64,000 nucleotides of DNA from Pristiophorus japonicus (GCF_044704955.1 NC_091984.1:210924001-210988000), one strand, 5' to 3'; counted from the first letter of the stretch, positions 40,401 through 55,400 are shown. A program made the numbers and translations. The notes: generated from the letters alone by a model not told the origin.

Positions 40401-43400
40401 ATCCTGAATAAACACTGCAACCAAATAAAAAACTAGTTAAAACTGACAGGTGCACTGACAATTTCTGGAAAAGGTTGAAAACTGAAAAGCTGAGAGCCCT
40501 GCAGTATTTGCCTACCAAACTGTCTAATCCACCACCAAGAAGGTCCATGGCTCCCATCTGAACTGTTGAAGAGGGGATCGGGGGAACACTGACTGGAGGA
40601 CCAAGGTCGAGATTCAGCAGATCACCCAAAAGATCACCCTGGGATGGAATGACGGCAGGTTGCTGCTCAGTAGGCTGTGCTGCAGCTGAAGGGGCAACAT
40701 CTGGACTCTCGGTACTTTCATTTCTAAGAGAGAACAGAGAATTGCAGGAAACTAGACATAGTATTGACACTATTGACATTACTGGGGAACAAAGTAGTAT
40801 CTTACATTTCTACTGCACTCCTCACAAGCAGGAAGGAGGGGGCAAAAAGTACAGATTCTGAAAGCAAGGAGGAAGATACTAAAGCAGAGATATAAAAGGA
40901 GGGGGATTCAGAAGATGGGAGTGTAAGTAGCTGAAGGCAGTGAGATAATAAGTCTGAAGCAAGTACCTACAGTGGCACAGAATGTTCTTTATTTCACAAT
41001 TCCCGATCTCAATCTAGTTGCTTGAGAAAGGTGTGAAGCAGTAGTTCGGCAAAATGAATGTTAAATAAACAAACATTGGGTGAGTCAAACTATAGCATTT
41101 TCTGGAGCCTGGTGCGAATGAACAAGAGATTTAGGAAAAAGTTATAAGAACATAAGAAATAGGACATAAGAACATAAGTAAGATCACGACTGATCTGATG
41201 ATCATGGAATCAGCTCCCATTCCCTGCCCGCTCCTCATAACCCTTTATTCCCTTATCACTCAAAAATCTGTCCATCTCCGCCTTAAATATATTCAATGAC
41301 CCAGCCTCCACAGCTCTCTGGTGCAGAGAATTCTATAGGTTTACAACCCTTAGAAGAAATTCCTCCTTAGTTCTAAATGGGTAACCCCTTATTCTTAAAC
41401 TATGCCTCCTAGTTCAAGATTCCCCTACGAGTGGAAATATCCTCTCTGCATCTACCTTGCGAGCCCTCTCATTATCTTTCAATAAGATCACCTCTCATTC
41501 TTCTGAACTCCAATGAGTATAGGCCCAACCTTTCATAAGTCAACCCCTTCATCTCAGGAATCAACCTCGTGAACTTTCTCTGAACTGCCTCCGATGCAAG
41601 TATATCCCTCCTTAAATGAGATCAATGGTCTCACCAATACCCTGTACAGTTGTAGCAGGATTTCTCTGCTTTTATACTCCATCTCCCTTGCAATAAAGGC
41701 CAACATTCCATTTGCATTCCTGATTACTTGCTGTACCTGCATACCAACGGAGTTTCACGCACAAGGATCCCCCAAGGTCCCTCTGCACTGCAGCATTTTG
41801 TAATTTTTCTCCATTTAAATAAGCGCTTTTTTATCTTTTCTGCCAAAGTGGATAACCTCACATTTTCCCACATTATATTCCATCTGCCAAATTTTTCCCT
41901 CTCTTAGCCTGTCTAAATCCCTTTGCAGATTTTGTGTCCTCCTCACAGATCATCAGATCAGCCATGATCTTCCTCCTCACAACTTGCCTTCCCAAACATC
42001 TTTGTATTATCAGCAAACTTGGCTACATTACACTCGGTTCCTTCATCTAAGTCATTAATATAGATGTAAATAGTTGAGGCCCCAGCACCAATCTCTGTGG
42101 CACCCCACTAGTTACTGTTTGCCAACCGGAAAATGACTCATTCATCCCGACTCTGTTTTCTGTTAGTTAGGGGAAGTCCAGAACCAGGGGTCACAGTCTA
42201 AAGATAAGGGGTAAGCCATTTGGCAGGTGGAATATAATGTGGGAAAATGTGAGGTTATCCACTTTGGCAGAAAAGATAAAAAAGCTTATATTTAAATGGA
42301 GAAAAATTACAAAATGCTGCAGTACAGAGGGACCTTGGGGGGTCCTTGTGCATGAAACTCCGTTGGTATGCAGGTACAGGAAGTAATCAGGAATGCAAAT
42401 GAGATGAGGAGAAACTTCTTCACTCAGAATTGTGAACCTGTGGAATTCTCTACCACAGAAAGTTGTTGAGGCCAGTTCATTAGATATATTCAAAAGGGAG
42501 TTAGATGTGGCCCTTACGGCTAAAGGGATCAAGGGGTATGGAGAGAAAGCAGGAATGGGGTACTGAAGTTGCATGATCAGCTATGATCCTATTGAATGGT
42601 GGTGCAGGCTCGAAGGGCCGAATGGCCTACTCCTGCACCTATTTTCTATGTTTCTATGTTAGCCAATCCGTATTGGGCAAACACAAGGACTGAACAGAAA
42701 TGCACAAATTGGAGTTGAAAACAAACTGTTAAAGAACTTGACAACATAGGGGGAAAAAAAAAGTTTAGCTTATGCACAATCCTTCAGTTAAAGGTCCTTC
42801 ATAATCACTAAGTCAGGCAAATTTTGCACATTAAATGGGTTTATTACACAAGATGACAGTGACAGAGATTGCTCTTCTTTTCATTGAGTAGGTCCTACAC
42901 ATTACCAAGCTCCAGTTGTGTGATGACCCAGATGTACCTCAAGCTTTAAAGATCTGGCTGGTTTGAGAAAGCAGAAATTAATGCCCCAAGAGTTGTATTA
43001 ATTTGCCCGGAGCACAATGTTGGAGAAAGGAAAGTTAGGTAGAATCTTTGAAATTTTCACTTACGATCCAGATCGTGGCGGCAGCCTCTTGTGCTGAACA
43101 CCTCTGCTGCCTTCCACAAATGCACTGGGTGGCTTATGGTATACAGAGGCCAGTGTTCCTATGTGGCAAATTAATTCATCAAGGAGGGTTGGTTCTATTA
43201 GGTCAGTTTCTTCTGAAATCAAGGGTTTCTCTGCCAATACAACTTCCTTTGCTGCCACTGGATCTGTAGAAAGTAGACGCCAGTATATGTAGCCACGGTC
43301 TCTCAGATCAGGGTTGTCAGAATCCTGCAATATCAAAGATATCACTGAAACAGTAATTATGTCCAAGGTACAGATCAATGGTCGTGGTACACAATACTTT

Positions 43401-46400
43401 GCTGCCGATAGCTATATCTGGCTAACAAAAATCTGAATAAAGAACACAATCTAGGAAAACACCCATTGACAGTTACTGTTTTATCAAGAAAGAAACTATT
43501 GTTCTGGCAGAAAATGTTTGTTAACTAAAACATAACCCTGTAAGGACTGCAGCATGAACCGAATAAAAAAACACAGTAAACTGTAAATTAAAATATATCA
43601 TGGTGCCTTCAGCTTCTGTTATTCTACTTTAGCTGCTCTTCAATGCAACATTGCACAGCTAAGAGGGAGGTATTCAGTTGACTTGTTCAATGACCTGCAC
43701 TGATTTTGGTATGCATCTTCAAGATGGCTGGGAGGACTGGAGTGGAGAAAATATCTAGCCTCGCTCCCCATTAAGTTAGGGTGCAAACCCATTTCTACCA
43801 CCCTGTATCATGGCAATGTGCTGCATCACCAGACTATTGTGTACACATGACCATTATAAGCAGTATTTCTAGCGGATTTCTTGTGGCATTGTTCACAATA
43901 GGTCAGCAGTTATGTTGCAAGCAGGGGAGGGTGCAGGTAGTTTACAGCTTCAAAGATTACAGAAATGAGAGATCTCCTCACAGATGGTGCAGTAAATTCG
44001 TTTTTTCTGTAAATGATTAGGTATTAATATTTTTCTTACCCATTGCAAGTAAATAACGACCAAAAGTTACCTAAATATGTTTTATGTAACATTTGGAAGA
44101 AGCTTTCTACCTGTACGAGTTTGGGATTTTATAGCAAAGGCCAAAAACTAAAGTAATGAAAATAATTAGCATTTTCCCCCTTTGCCAAATATCACTGCAA
44201 TAGTCTTTCGCCTTATCAAAATGTTCGACTAAAAAAATTAAGGGAAGATAGACTATGAAAGTAAACAAGCACAAAATATAAAAACAGATACCAAGAGTTT
44301 CTATAGATATATAAAAAGGAAGAGTGGCTAAAGTAAATGTTGGTCCCTTTAGAGGACGAGACCAGGGAATTAGTAATGGGGAACATGGAGATGGCAGAAA
44401 CTCTGAACAAATATTTTGTATCAGTCTTTGCGGTAGAGGACACCAACAATATTCTGACAGTGGATAGTCAAGGGGCTATGGGGGGAGGAACTTAACGCAA
44501 TCACAATCACTAAGGAGGCGGTACTCAGTAAGATAATGGGACTAAAGGTAGATAAAACCCTTGGACCTGATGGCTTGCATCCTAGGGTCGAGAGAAGTAA
44601 CGGCAGGGATTGCGGATGCATTGGTTGTAATTTACCAGAATTTCCTGGATTCTGGGAAGGTCCCAGCAGATTAGAAAACTGCAAATGTAACGCCCCTGTT
44701 TTAAAAAAAGGAGGCAGACAAAAAGCAGGAAGCTATAGATCAGTTATCTTATCAGTGGTTGGGAAAATGTTGGAGTCCATTATTAAAGAAGCAGTTGCAG
44801 GACATTTGGAAAAGCAAAATTCGGTCAGACAGAGTCAGCATGGATTTATGAAGGGGAAGTCACATTTGACAAATTTGCTGGAGTTCTTTGAGGATGTAAC
44901 AAACAGGGTGGATAAAGGGGAACCAGTGGATGTGGTGTATTTTGACTTCCAGAAGGCATTTGACAAGGTGCCACATAAAAGGTTACGGCACAAGATAAAA
45001 GTTCACGGGGCTGGGAGTAATATATTAGCATGGATAGAGGATTGGCTAACTAACAGAACAGAGAGTCAAGATAAATGGTTCATTTTCTGGTTGGCAACCA
45101 GTAACTAGTGGGGTGCCACAGGGATCAGTGCTGGGACCCCAACTATTTACAATCTATATTAACGACGTGGAAGAAGGGACTGAGTGTAACATAGCCAAGT
45201 TTGCTGATGATACAAAGATGGGAGGAAAAGCAACGTGTGAGGAGGACACAAACAATCTGCAAAAGGACAGACAGGCTAAGAGATTGGGCAAAAATTTGGC
45301 AGATGGAGTATAATGTTGGAAAGCGTGAGGTCATGCACTTTGGCAGAAAAAAAAACAAAGATCAAGTTATTATTTAATTAAAGATTGAAAAGTGCCACAG
45401 TACAGCAGGACCTGGGGGTACTTGTGCATGAAACACAAAAGGATAATATGCAGGTACAGCAAGTGATCAGGAAGACCAATGGTATCTTTATTGCAAAGGG
45501 GATGGAGTATAAAAGCAGGGAAGTCTTGCTACAGCTATCTAAGGTATTGGTGAGGCCACACCTGGAATACTGCGTGCAGTTTTGGTTTCCATATTTACGA
45601 AAGGATATACTTGCTTTGGAGGCAGCTCAGAAAAGATTCACAAGGTTGACCCTCTACTCATTGGAATTCAATGAATGAGAGGTGATCTTATCGAAACGTG
45701 TAAGATTATGAGGGGGCTTGACGAGGTGGATGCAGAGAGGATGTTTCCAGTGATAGGGGAGACTAGAACTAGAGGGCATAATCTTAGAATAAGAGGCCGC
45801 CCATTTAAAACTGAGATGAGAAATTTCTTCTGAGGGTTGTGGATCTGTGGATCCTCAGAGTGCAGTGGAAGCTGCGACATTGAATAAATTTAAGACAGAA
45901 ATAGACAGTTTCTTAAAACGATAAGGGGATAAGGGGTTATGGAGAGCAGGCAGGGAAGTGGAGCCAAATCCATGATCAGATCATGATCTTATTGAATGGC
46001 GGAGCAGGCTCGAGGGGCCATATGGCCTACTCCTGTTCCTATTTCTTACGTTCTTATGTTCGTAATACAGGTTTATATTTAAAAGTTCTTTTAAGTTCAG
46101 AGATAAATAGAAATAAAAGAAATGCAGCTGGTTTAACTACTTAGAATACATAAAAAATACAAGCATCTTAAGAGTTGTTCCCACCTGCTCATCATCTCCT
46201 GAGCTACAAATGGAGTTTGGCTCTCTTAGAAGAAATCAGCTCCTATTGTAGTATACGTTAGTTTTCCTTTCAAAATTATTAGAGGAAAGCTTAGGTTTCA
46301 GCCTCACAGCATTTTTGATGGGTGTGTTTTCTTTTAAAACAAAATATATATTTTCACTACTCCTAAAAAGTTTCCAGCGGGAAGAGATGAGGCAACGATC

Positions 46401-49400
46401 TGCATTGATCTTCTATTGATCCCAGGAGTGCAGACTGGGACAGGGTTTATAAACAGCAAATCCTTGCCGTTCTTCCAGTCAACAATTAAACAAAAATCTA
46501 AGAGTTGGAGGCACAAATAAGCATGAAGTGTAATGTGCTATGTTGTAGAGGCTTCAGTTGAGAGTGATGACCTGAGGAACACCCATGAACTCAAGACTCA
46601 GGCTTCCGAGACAGTCCTGAAAAATGTTGTCAGAGGCATTTTTGAAGACAGAAAATGCAATTATTAAGTTTGATAATTTTTATACATTTTGTAATTTACG
46701 TCTGTTACAAACAGTAGTAAATGCTCAGCTTAATAAAGAATCCAAGATAGTGAAAACTCAACTGGTGCAATTTCATTGGCTCTCTTTCAACTTCTTTCAA
46801 TCAGTAGCTATTTTATTTACTGTGGACTTTTGTTTGCAAGTTTTGTTTTGGAAATTGCTGGATAGTATTTTTTCTTCATTTTACTGCATGTTGCTTGATG
46901 CATTCCATTTCTGTTCACTTGTGATTTACTGCTGTTTTCTCAACATTAAATTTCAGCCAAATTTGAATATAGAAAGACAGACAAGATATTTTCAGATCTT
47001 ACAATACGAGATTTCTCTACAGAACAGTGACTATACCTCAAAAGTAATTTACTGGTTGGGAAGTTCTTTGGGATGCTTTAAGGACTTGATAAGGTGCTAC
47101 ATAAATACAAATTTATTCCTTCATTCAACAAAGCAGGGATGAATTTTAAGAGCTGCAACTCTGAGTCAGCACTTGGCATCGAATGCATAGAATCACACAG
47201 CACAGGAAGCCATTTCGCCCATCGTGCCTATGCCAGCTCTTTGTGAAAGCAATCCAATTGATCTCACTACCCCACCTTTTTCCCCATAGCTCTGCAATTT
47301 TTCCTTTTCTAGCATATATCCAATTTCCAGTGGAAAGTTTTTACTGCATCTGCTTTCAGGCAGTGCATTCCAGATCATAACTCGCTGCGTAATTGTTTCC
47401 CCGACACACCTCCCCCTGGTTCTTTTGCCAATTATCTTAAATCTGTGCCCTCTGGTTACCGACCCTCCTACCAGTGGAAACAGTTTCTTCCCCATCTACT
47501 CTATCAAAACCCCTCATAATTTTGGACACCGCTATTCAATCTTCCCATAGCCTTTTCTGCATAATGGAAATCTGTGTCAATTGTGAACTTATCAGTTCAC
47601 CAATGCAAAATAAATCTACACAAGAAAAGATTGTAAAATATGATAAATGCCCCAGTGACAGGGTTTAAAAGGGACTCTCAGTCAACATTATAATGAGCAA
47701 TTGTTTTGGCTGCAGGGTACTGCACTAAAGTCACTGGACAGATTTATTGCAGTTCTTAGTCTTGGAAGACAAAATGATTTCAATTATGATAAGTGGATAT
47801 ATGCAAATACAGAAAGCGATCGCACAATTGTAATTACATGCAAATCAATGTTACATGTCACCTCTCTCTTGCAGACAACCAACTTTTAAATTAAAGGTCA
47901 GCATTTGAATAAATGCTGTGGATCAATTTAAATAAAACCACGATGGACCCAATTTCCCAGTGGACCAAAATGCTAAATTATCAAATCACTTATGTTGAGA
48001 AGTCCTATATTTTTTTTTAAATGTTCAAATATTTGACAGATTTTTAAAAAACTGCAAAAGTAGTTAGCTTTGGTGAATTGGGACAAAGTGCGAGTTGCAA
48101 GGTGGCCAAGAATATGGAGTTCCAGTCTACCCATCCACAAGGGGCAATGTCACCTTGGAGTGGAAACATTTCCTTTCATTGATTAGCTATTTTTATCTAG
48201 CAGATTTAACATGAAAAAAGTCTGTCAACACACAGGCAAATTAAGGACCAGAGTTCTACTGTTGGCACAAGGCTTATTTATAGTATTGGCATCAATTTGT
48301 TGGAGGGGGGAAAAAAAAAAATCAGACTTAAACCAATATACTTATATGAACCTCCTATTTCATCTTCTCCTGTCATTATCACCACCAGTGACAGCTATGT
48401 AACCATAAGCACTTCATTCTAGCAGTTTCTTGCATGAAGCAATGGGAAGTGACCTGTAGTAAGTGATATTTTACACGAGAACATCTAGCCTACCTTCTCA
48501 AACTATCAGTTTCCTTACCAGAATTCTCGTAAATTACTAGTTCCATTCCAAAACTTTCCAGTTTTCTGTTTCACCAACCGTGAGTAATTTGTTCCACAAT
48601 TCAAAACAATCTTCATTTTCTTCTGACATCCTTAACTTTAATTTCCCCATGTTTGTGCCCAACAGAAATACTTCCCTGGATCCAAATTCTCCATAACTGT
48701 GAAAATCTTAAAGGTCTCTATCAAGTGCTATGCCTCTTGCGCAGACAAGGCCCCAAGATAGACAATCCTTCCCCATAACACAGCCTTTTAACTTTGGTAA
48801 TCAGTCTTGTAGCACTCCTCGACTTCCTCCATCAAATCTAAGGGCTAGAAATTGCAGTCAGAGGCTTCCTGTGGGCGAATGCCTCCGAACCGCAAGAAAA
48901 ATACGCACCTATCTGGTGCCTCTGTATCTGCTAAGACTTGCGTGAAATCATTAGTTATACATCCCAATATTTTCTTTGCTTTCTTCACTGCCTGAAGTAA
49001 TTAGGTTTTTAAAACATTCACCCTAGATCTCTGTCCTACTCCGTAACCTCAGGCATATTGCCGTTTAATATGAAATCCACATTCTGGCTTCTTCCACCTA
49101 ATCTCATGATTTTACACATATCCGTGTTGAATCCCATCGATCACCTTCCTGTCCATTGGCCTCGTCTGTTCAGATGCCTTGAAATTATTGCACATTGGCA
49201 AGCAATGTTGGCAACTACATATAATTAGGTGACATCACAAGTTAATATTCGGCAATATTTCATTACCCAATTAACTTATAAAAATTAACAACCTTATCAT
49301 TGATCATTGTGGGACTCCATTGACAACCAGTTTCACTGACACTCTCCATCCACCACGATCCTTTGTTTCAGGCATGGACCAATCCAACCTAATACTATCC

Positions 49401-52400
49401 CACACAATTTGCGAACCAAACTTTTAAATAGGAGAATATCAAATGCAAGCATTAGTATACAACTCTCCAGATGTAACCCGAGTTTGGAAGGAAAACAAAT
49501 CCACAATTATACTCCCGAGTGTTTTTCACAGTTCAAGTGACTATGGTATGCAAATTTCACAGGTCCCTGCATTACACTTTATTTCAATCCTACTTTCATT
49601 GAGTTTCATTAAGCTCCTGAAAAGGGAGGTAAAAATTTGAAGCAAATTCAACCCAGTCATATATATTACTTCCAATATTGTATTAAAACAGATTATCTTG
49701 TCATTACCACATTGCTGTTTGTGGGAGCTTGCTGTGCACAAATTGGCTGCCACATTTCCGACATAACAGTGACTGCACTTCAAAAGTACTTCATTGGCTG
49801 TAAAGCATTTTGGGATGTCCTGAGATCGTGAAATGCTCCATATAAATGCAAGTCTTTCTTATTAAAATATGTGTGTGTCTAGAATATTGCTGTGGAAATA
49901 GTGGAATGTGAAAAATAATAAAAATTTGAATGAGGGAGAAGGATTCATTAACTCAGGTTACAAAATTTTAGAAGCAAAACTATTGAAGAAAACTCAACAT
50001 TTTGTATCTGTGTCAAGGTTAAAATTGAACCAAGCCAGTTGGTTTCACAACCATAAAAAAACATTATGGGAAGGAGGGTAAAAAAGTGCAACTGCAGTAT
50101 TCAGTTAGCATTTGGCCAAAATCATGCAATGTAATTCAAAGACTGGTACACTTTAGAGCATTTTTCAATTCCAGAGATTGGCTAGAGGTCATGTTATTCG
50201 TAATCTAATCTTAAGTTGCAGCTCAGAATTTTTAAGGATGCGAAACATGAAAAGTGAAGAACTCTGGCTGGTTGCTATGGGCTCAAGTTCCCCTTCCCCT
50301 GCAAAAACGGTGCACCATCTGGTAGAAAAAGTGTGCAGAAAAATTAACTCACGATTCTGGCCGATCCTCGCAGCATGGCGCAGCACAATGAGAGGGGGCT
50401 GAGCTAGGGCCGTGCTGGCTAAACAGAGCCGACGGGGGAGCGGGGCTAGGGTCCAGCATCTGTTTGTGCCGGCAATGTTGCGCATGCGAAAAGGGAGCAG
50501 TCGCGCATGCGCAATGGTGTATTAACATTGGCAATTTATTTTAAAGGGAAAGCCTCGAGTGATTTTTGGTGCCAGATTGATTTTTGGAGCCTGAAGGCAA
50601 GACACCCAAAGGTCTTTTGTTCTTTCCCTTCAGTCATGTGACTTCTCTCTCTCCTCGTTACCACCCCCACCGCCGCCCCCCCCCACCCCACCACCGAGTT
50701 TAGCCTTCTCCTTCCCTCCCCTTAAAATGCCACATTTAGCACTCACCCCCCTTACCCCAGCATGCTGCATTGAGCATTCTCCCTCCCTCCGAGTTCAGCC
50801 TTCTCCCCTCTCCTCCCCCCCCCACTTCAGATGCTGCGTTCAGTACTCACCACCACCAGACCCCTCCGCCCCACCCTGCCGGGTTGAGCATTCTCCCTCC
50901 CTCTCCCCCACTGCAAGTCGAGTTCAGCCTTCTCCGCATTCAGCACCCACCACCCCCAGCCCGCCGCAGTAAGCATTCTCCCTCCCTCCCTCAAGATGCC
51001 ATGTTCTCCCGCACCTACCCCAGGCTGAAGAGACGCCTGCACGGAATGCCACTGCTGACTTCAGTTCTTCATTTTTTATTCAATGCTTATTACTTTTTGT
51101 GCTTTGTTTGGTGCTTTAAATGTAGTTACTTGCACAGATTCCTTAACTCTAGGTAAGGTTTTTCTGTGCGGACAGAAGTGCCAACATACGCTGGCCTAAG
51201 TTAGTTTGGAGCAACTATTTGCTGGCCAAACTTGCTTAAATGGCCAAAACAGGCGTAAGTGGCTGGGAACACCCGCTTTTGAAAAAAATACCTTAAAAAA
51301 AACCTAACTAACTCACTTACACTGGCGCAAATTAAATGGCCAAAATTACAACTAAAAAGACGCTCCAGAAAAATCAAGTTGCTCCAAAAAAAAAAAGAGA
51401 GCAACTCTTGGGGAAATTTGGGCCCTTTATACCTGTACAAGGAAAACTGCTTCTGGTAATTTACACCATTTCAGTGGCTAAGCATAATTGTCTTACACCC
51501 AACCATGCCAAGTAATTAACTAAGAAAATTATGTTAATCATTTAGTCATATTTGTGCACTAAACTCAAATAGTAATTAACTTTTTCTCCCCCTCCATAAG
51601 GAGTCCTTCCAACAATTCTACATAAATCTTTCAGAGTACTATAAAAAGGGCTTCAGCAAAAAAAATTATGCAGTATTAGATTACAATCTACAGCAGGGTT
51701 ACAATCTACAGATTCATGCCATCTTCAGTTGCAATTTTTTCCTAATCCCACGGAAAAATGTAAACATACCTGCGTGGCCAAGCTGAGAACCTGCTGCACC
51801 AGTTCTTGTGTCTCAGTCGGTTTTTTTAAGAACAGTTTCACAATAGCCGTCAACAGCTGGAGTTGAACCTGTCACAAATGATAAAAATGCCAAGAATCAT
51901 CAGGAACTGTATTTTCACTCGATATGCAGCAGTCAATACTTTGACATCCATTTCCTAGAAACAATGTTAAAAATTGTAATCTGCATTCAAAAGCTAATCA
52001 ACCTTTTGTGCATAACACATGAATCGCAAAACATCCCTAACACAGAAAATGCACATGCCAGTAATTAACAATCACACTTAATATTCTGCACATTTTCATG
52101 GGTGGAATTTATTTTAAAAAGGGAATAAATTTGTTTTTCAGGCAAAATTCTAACATTTATGAAAGCACCATCCTGGCACTGAACTATCTCAAGTCTCCTC
52201 CTTGGAAAAGATCTGTTCATGTAATATTTAGAAAATCTGTTTTTATCACATTAAGTATGCATATTTTATCAAAACAGGTCTTTCTGACCAGGAGGGTCCA
52301 CAACACACTGCTCTCCATAAGAAAACAATTTTCAAAAGTACGAATCATAAAATTTCCAGCAAAAATGCTGTTCAGAAATACAAACATCTTCCTAGCATTA

Positions 52401-55400
52401 AACATATCGAAAAATTTTGCATTACTTTATAGTGGAGCGCCTCCAATGGTCGAATTGGTTAAAGCAATGAACAGCTGAACCAGAAAGAACAGAAAAGTCC
52501 CAACAATCTCCAGTTTGCTCAGTTAGTTGACTACAGGGGAAAAATGGCAATTACTAAAAATGGCATAGACCTCTGTTGGACACGCTCATGTGTGGACATT
52601 AGGCAAAAGCAGGATCAGACTTGGCCCTTCTCAGTTGAACAGGCTGCTGACACTAAGACGGGTCTCTTGGGGAAGGCACAAGAGGCTGGCCCAATGGAAA
52701 TATACCCAACCAGGAGGTAAGAGATGGGGAGAAAAATGGAGAAGGGGAAGCAAAAAGTGTCATTTTTGTGCACATACTACTCTTATTCATGAAAGTGCAC
52801 TATAATCCAATGTTATTGAGGTCAGGGTAAGACTGGGAACAGTCTTGAGATTATATAGGAATTACAACACAGAAACTGACCTAATCAGCCCATGTTAGCG
52901 TTTATCTTCCAAATGAGCAGCAGTCATAATCCCATATGCCCACCTGGTTCCCATATCCCTTTAACAACCTATCTAATGGCTATTAAATGTTGACAATGTA
53001 TTTGCTTCATTTACTAGTTCCAGTAGTAGCATCCCACAGCCTCACATTTCTGTGCAAAAAAGTTTCTCCTGCTTTCTATCCTAAATCTCTTGCATTTAAT
53101 CTTTTTATGTCCTCTTGCTCCAAACCCTTCAACCACTAAAAGCAGTTATGTTTCTATCAACTCTATCCCATTCCTTCATAATTTAAACACCTCATCCAAA
53201 TCATCCGGTAATATCCTCGGTTCTAATTAAAACAGTCTTTCTTCGTATTTTCTTATACCAGGCAGCATCCTAGTGAATCTGCACTACCTCCTCTGTTGCT
53301 TCAATGTCCTTCCTAAAGTATTAAGCCTAAAACTGCACATATTACTCTAGCTATGACCGTAAGGTATTATAGATTCAGTACATCTCAGCTTTTATAATTC
53401 ATACTTCTTGCCATAAAACAAGTATTCCATTAACTTTTTTGTGGCGTTGTTAATGTCCCGAGTCTGAAACCCAAATGCTTCTGCTCGTCCACATCACGGG
53501 GACCGCATGGCCTGCTCCTGCTCCTAGTTCTCATCACTCAGGCGTACTCAATTCAAAGTATAATTCTAACATTTAAAATAAAACAAAATGTACCAGTTCA
53601 AATTGAATTGCATCTGCCACTTTTTCACCACCTCAATATCCCCTTGGACTTCAATTATTTGAAATGCCTCTAATTTTAGTATCACCTGCAAATTTGGACA
53701 CCACTCCCTTAGCCATAAACACAAATTACTAATGTACAACAGGAGCAGTCCAAGAACAGAACCCTGCAGTACGCTCAGTTAGTTGACAAGCAACTATTTT
53801 CATCCGAGAAACTGCTCTTAACTCCGACTCGGTTTCATCCCTATGAAGCAGTTTTATAACCACTGTGTTACCCTTCTTTAAATTTCATACCCCTCCAATC
53901 ATTAATAGTCTTGTATGGTACATTGTCAAAGACTTTCTGAAAGTGTGTGTACACCACATCCACTATATTTCTCACATTCACCAAATCAGTCACCTTGTCA
54001 AGCACAATCCTTCCTTTCTGAAATCAGAGTTGGCCACTTCTCATCCTTGAAGATTCCAAAAGTGTCCATATCACATAATTATCTGGGTTAGCTCTATCTT
54101 TTTTGAAATTAGGTTTATAATGCCGCTTTCTAGTCCTCCGGCACCCATTCACTTTCAATAGAACCATAAAATATAATTTCCTCCCCTATTTCCATCAGGA
54201 TTATTCTATTCTGAAATATAACAAACATTAAATCCTGTAATTTCCAACTGGTTTCTGCCCAAATTACATGTAAATCATGCAGATCCAATTAGAAATTAGG
54301 CAGAGTTTTGTCAAACCAGAGCTCTGTATCACATGGAATTACTTGGCAGGGAACAGTGGTGAAAGCACTCGCCTCAAATAGGCAGCTTAATTAAAATATT
54401 TTGTGGATGGGAATCCCTTGAATGCCACTTCCTGATGTCATTTCCAAATAATACTTATGAAATAGACATCCAAGGAATCAGCTACAAATGGAAGTTAATG
54501 TAAAGGGCACAGTAACTAAATTGATTCTTGATAGCTGACAGAGGCTCATGAAAACCTAACAACAACTCGTGTTTATATAGCGCCTTTAACACAGTAAAAC
54601 GTCCCAAGGCAGATACTTTGGTTCTGTCTTCTCGAAGACACAAATAGCCTTCCGGAAATACTAGGGGACCGAGGGTCTAGTGAGAAGGAGAAACTGAAGA
54701 AATCCTTATTAGTCAGGAAATTGTGTTTGGGAAATTGATGGGATTGAAGGCTGATAAATCCCCAGGGCCTGATAGTCTGCATCCCAGAGTACTTAAGGAA
54801 GTGGCCCTAGAAATAGTGGATGCATTGGTGATCATTTTCCAACAGTCTATCGACTCTAGATTAGTTACTATGGACTGGAGGGTAGCTAATGTAACACCAC
54901 TTTTTAAAAAAGGAGGGAGAGAGAAAACAGGGAATTATGGACCGGTTAGCCTGACATTAGTGGGGAAAGTGTTGGAATCAATCATTAAAGATGAAATAAC
55001 AGCGCATTTGGAAAGCAGTGACAGGATCGGTCCAAGTCAGCATGGATTTATGAAAGGGAAATCACGTTTGACAAATCTTCTAGAATTTTTGAGGATGTAA
55101 CTAGTAGAGTGGACAAGAGAGAACCAGCGGATGTGGTGTATTTGGACTTTCAAAAGGCTTTTGACAAGGTTCCACACGAGATTAGTGTGCAAAATTAAAG
55201 CACATGGTATTGGGGGTAATGTATTGACGTAGATAGAGAACTAGTTGGCAGACAGGAAGCAGAGAGTCGCCTTAAATGGGTCCTTTTCAGAATGGCAGGC
55301 AGTGACTAGTGGAGTGCCGCAGGGCTCAGTGCTGGGACCCCAGCTATTTACAATATAGATCAATGATTTAGATGAAGGAATTAAGTGTAATATCTCCAAG

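Noticed and set aside
46624-47142. 172-aa plus-strand ORF
   Set aside because: T-rich intronic sequence, antisense to AP1B1, running into a SINE tail; not protein-like.
47648-47700. tcagtcaac motif as a second SNORD125 copy
   Set aside because: No guide sequence, C box or terminal stem nearby.
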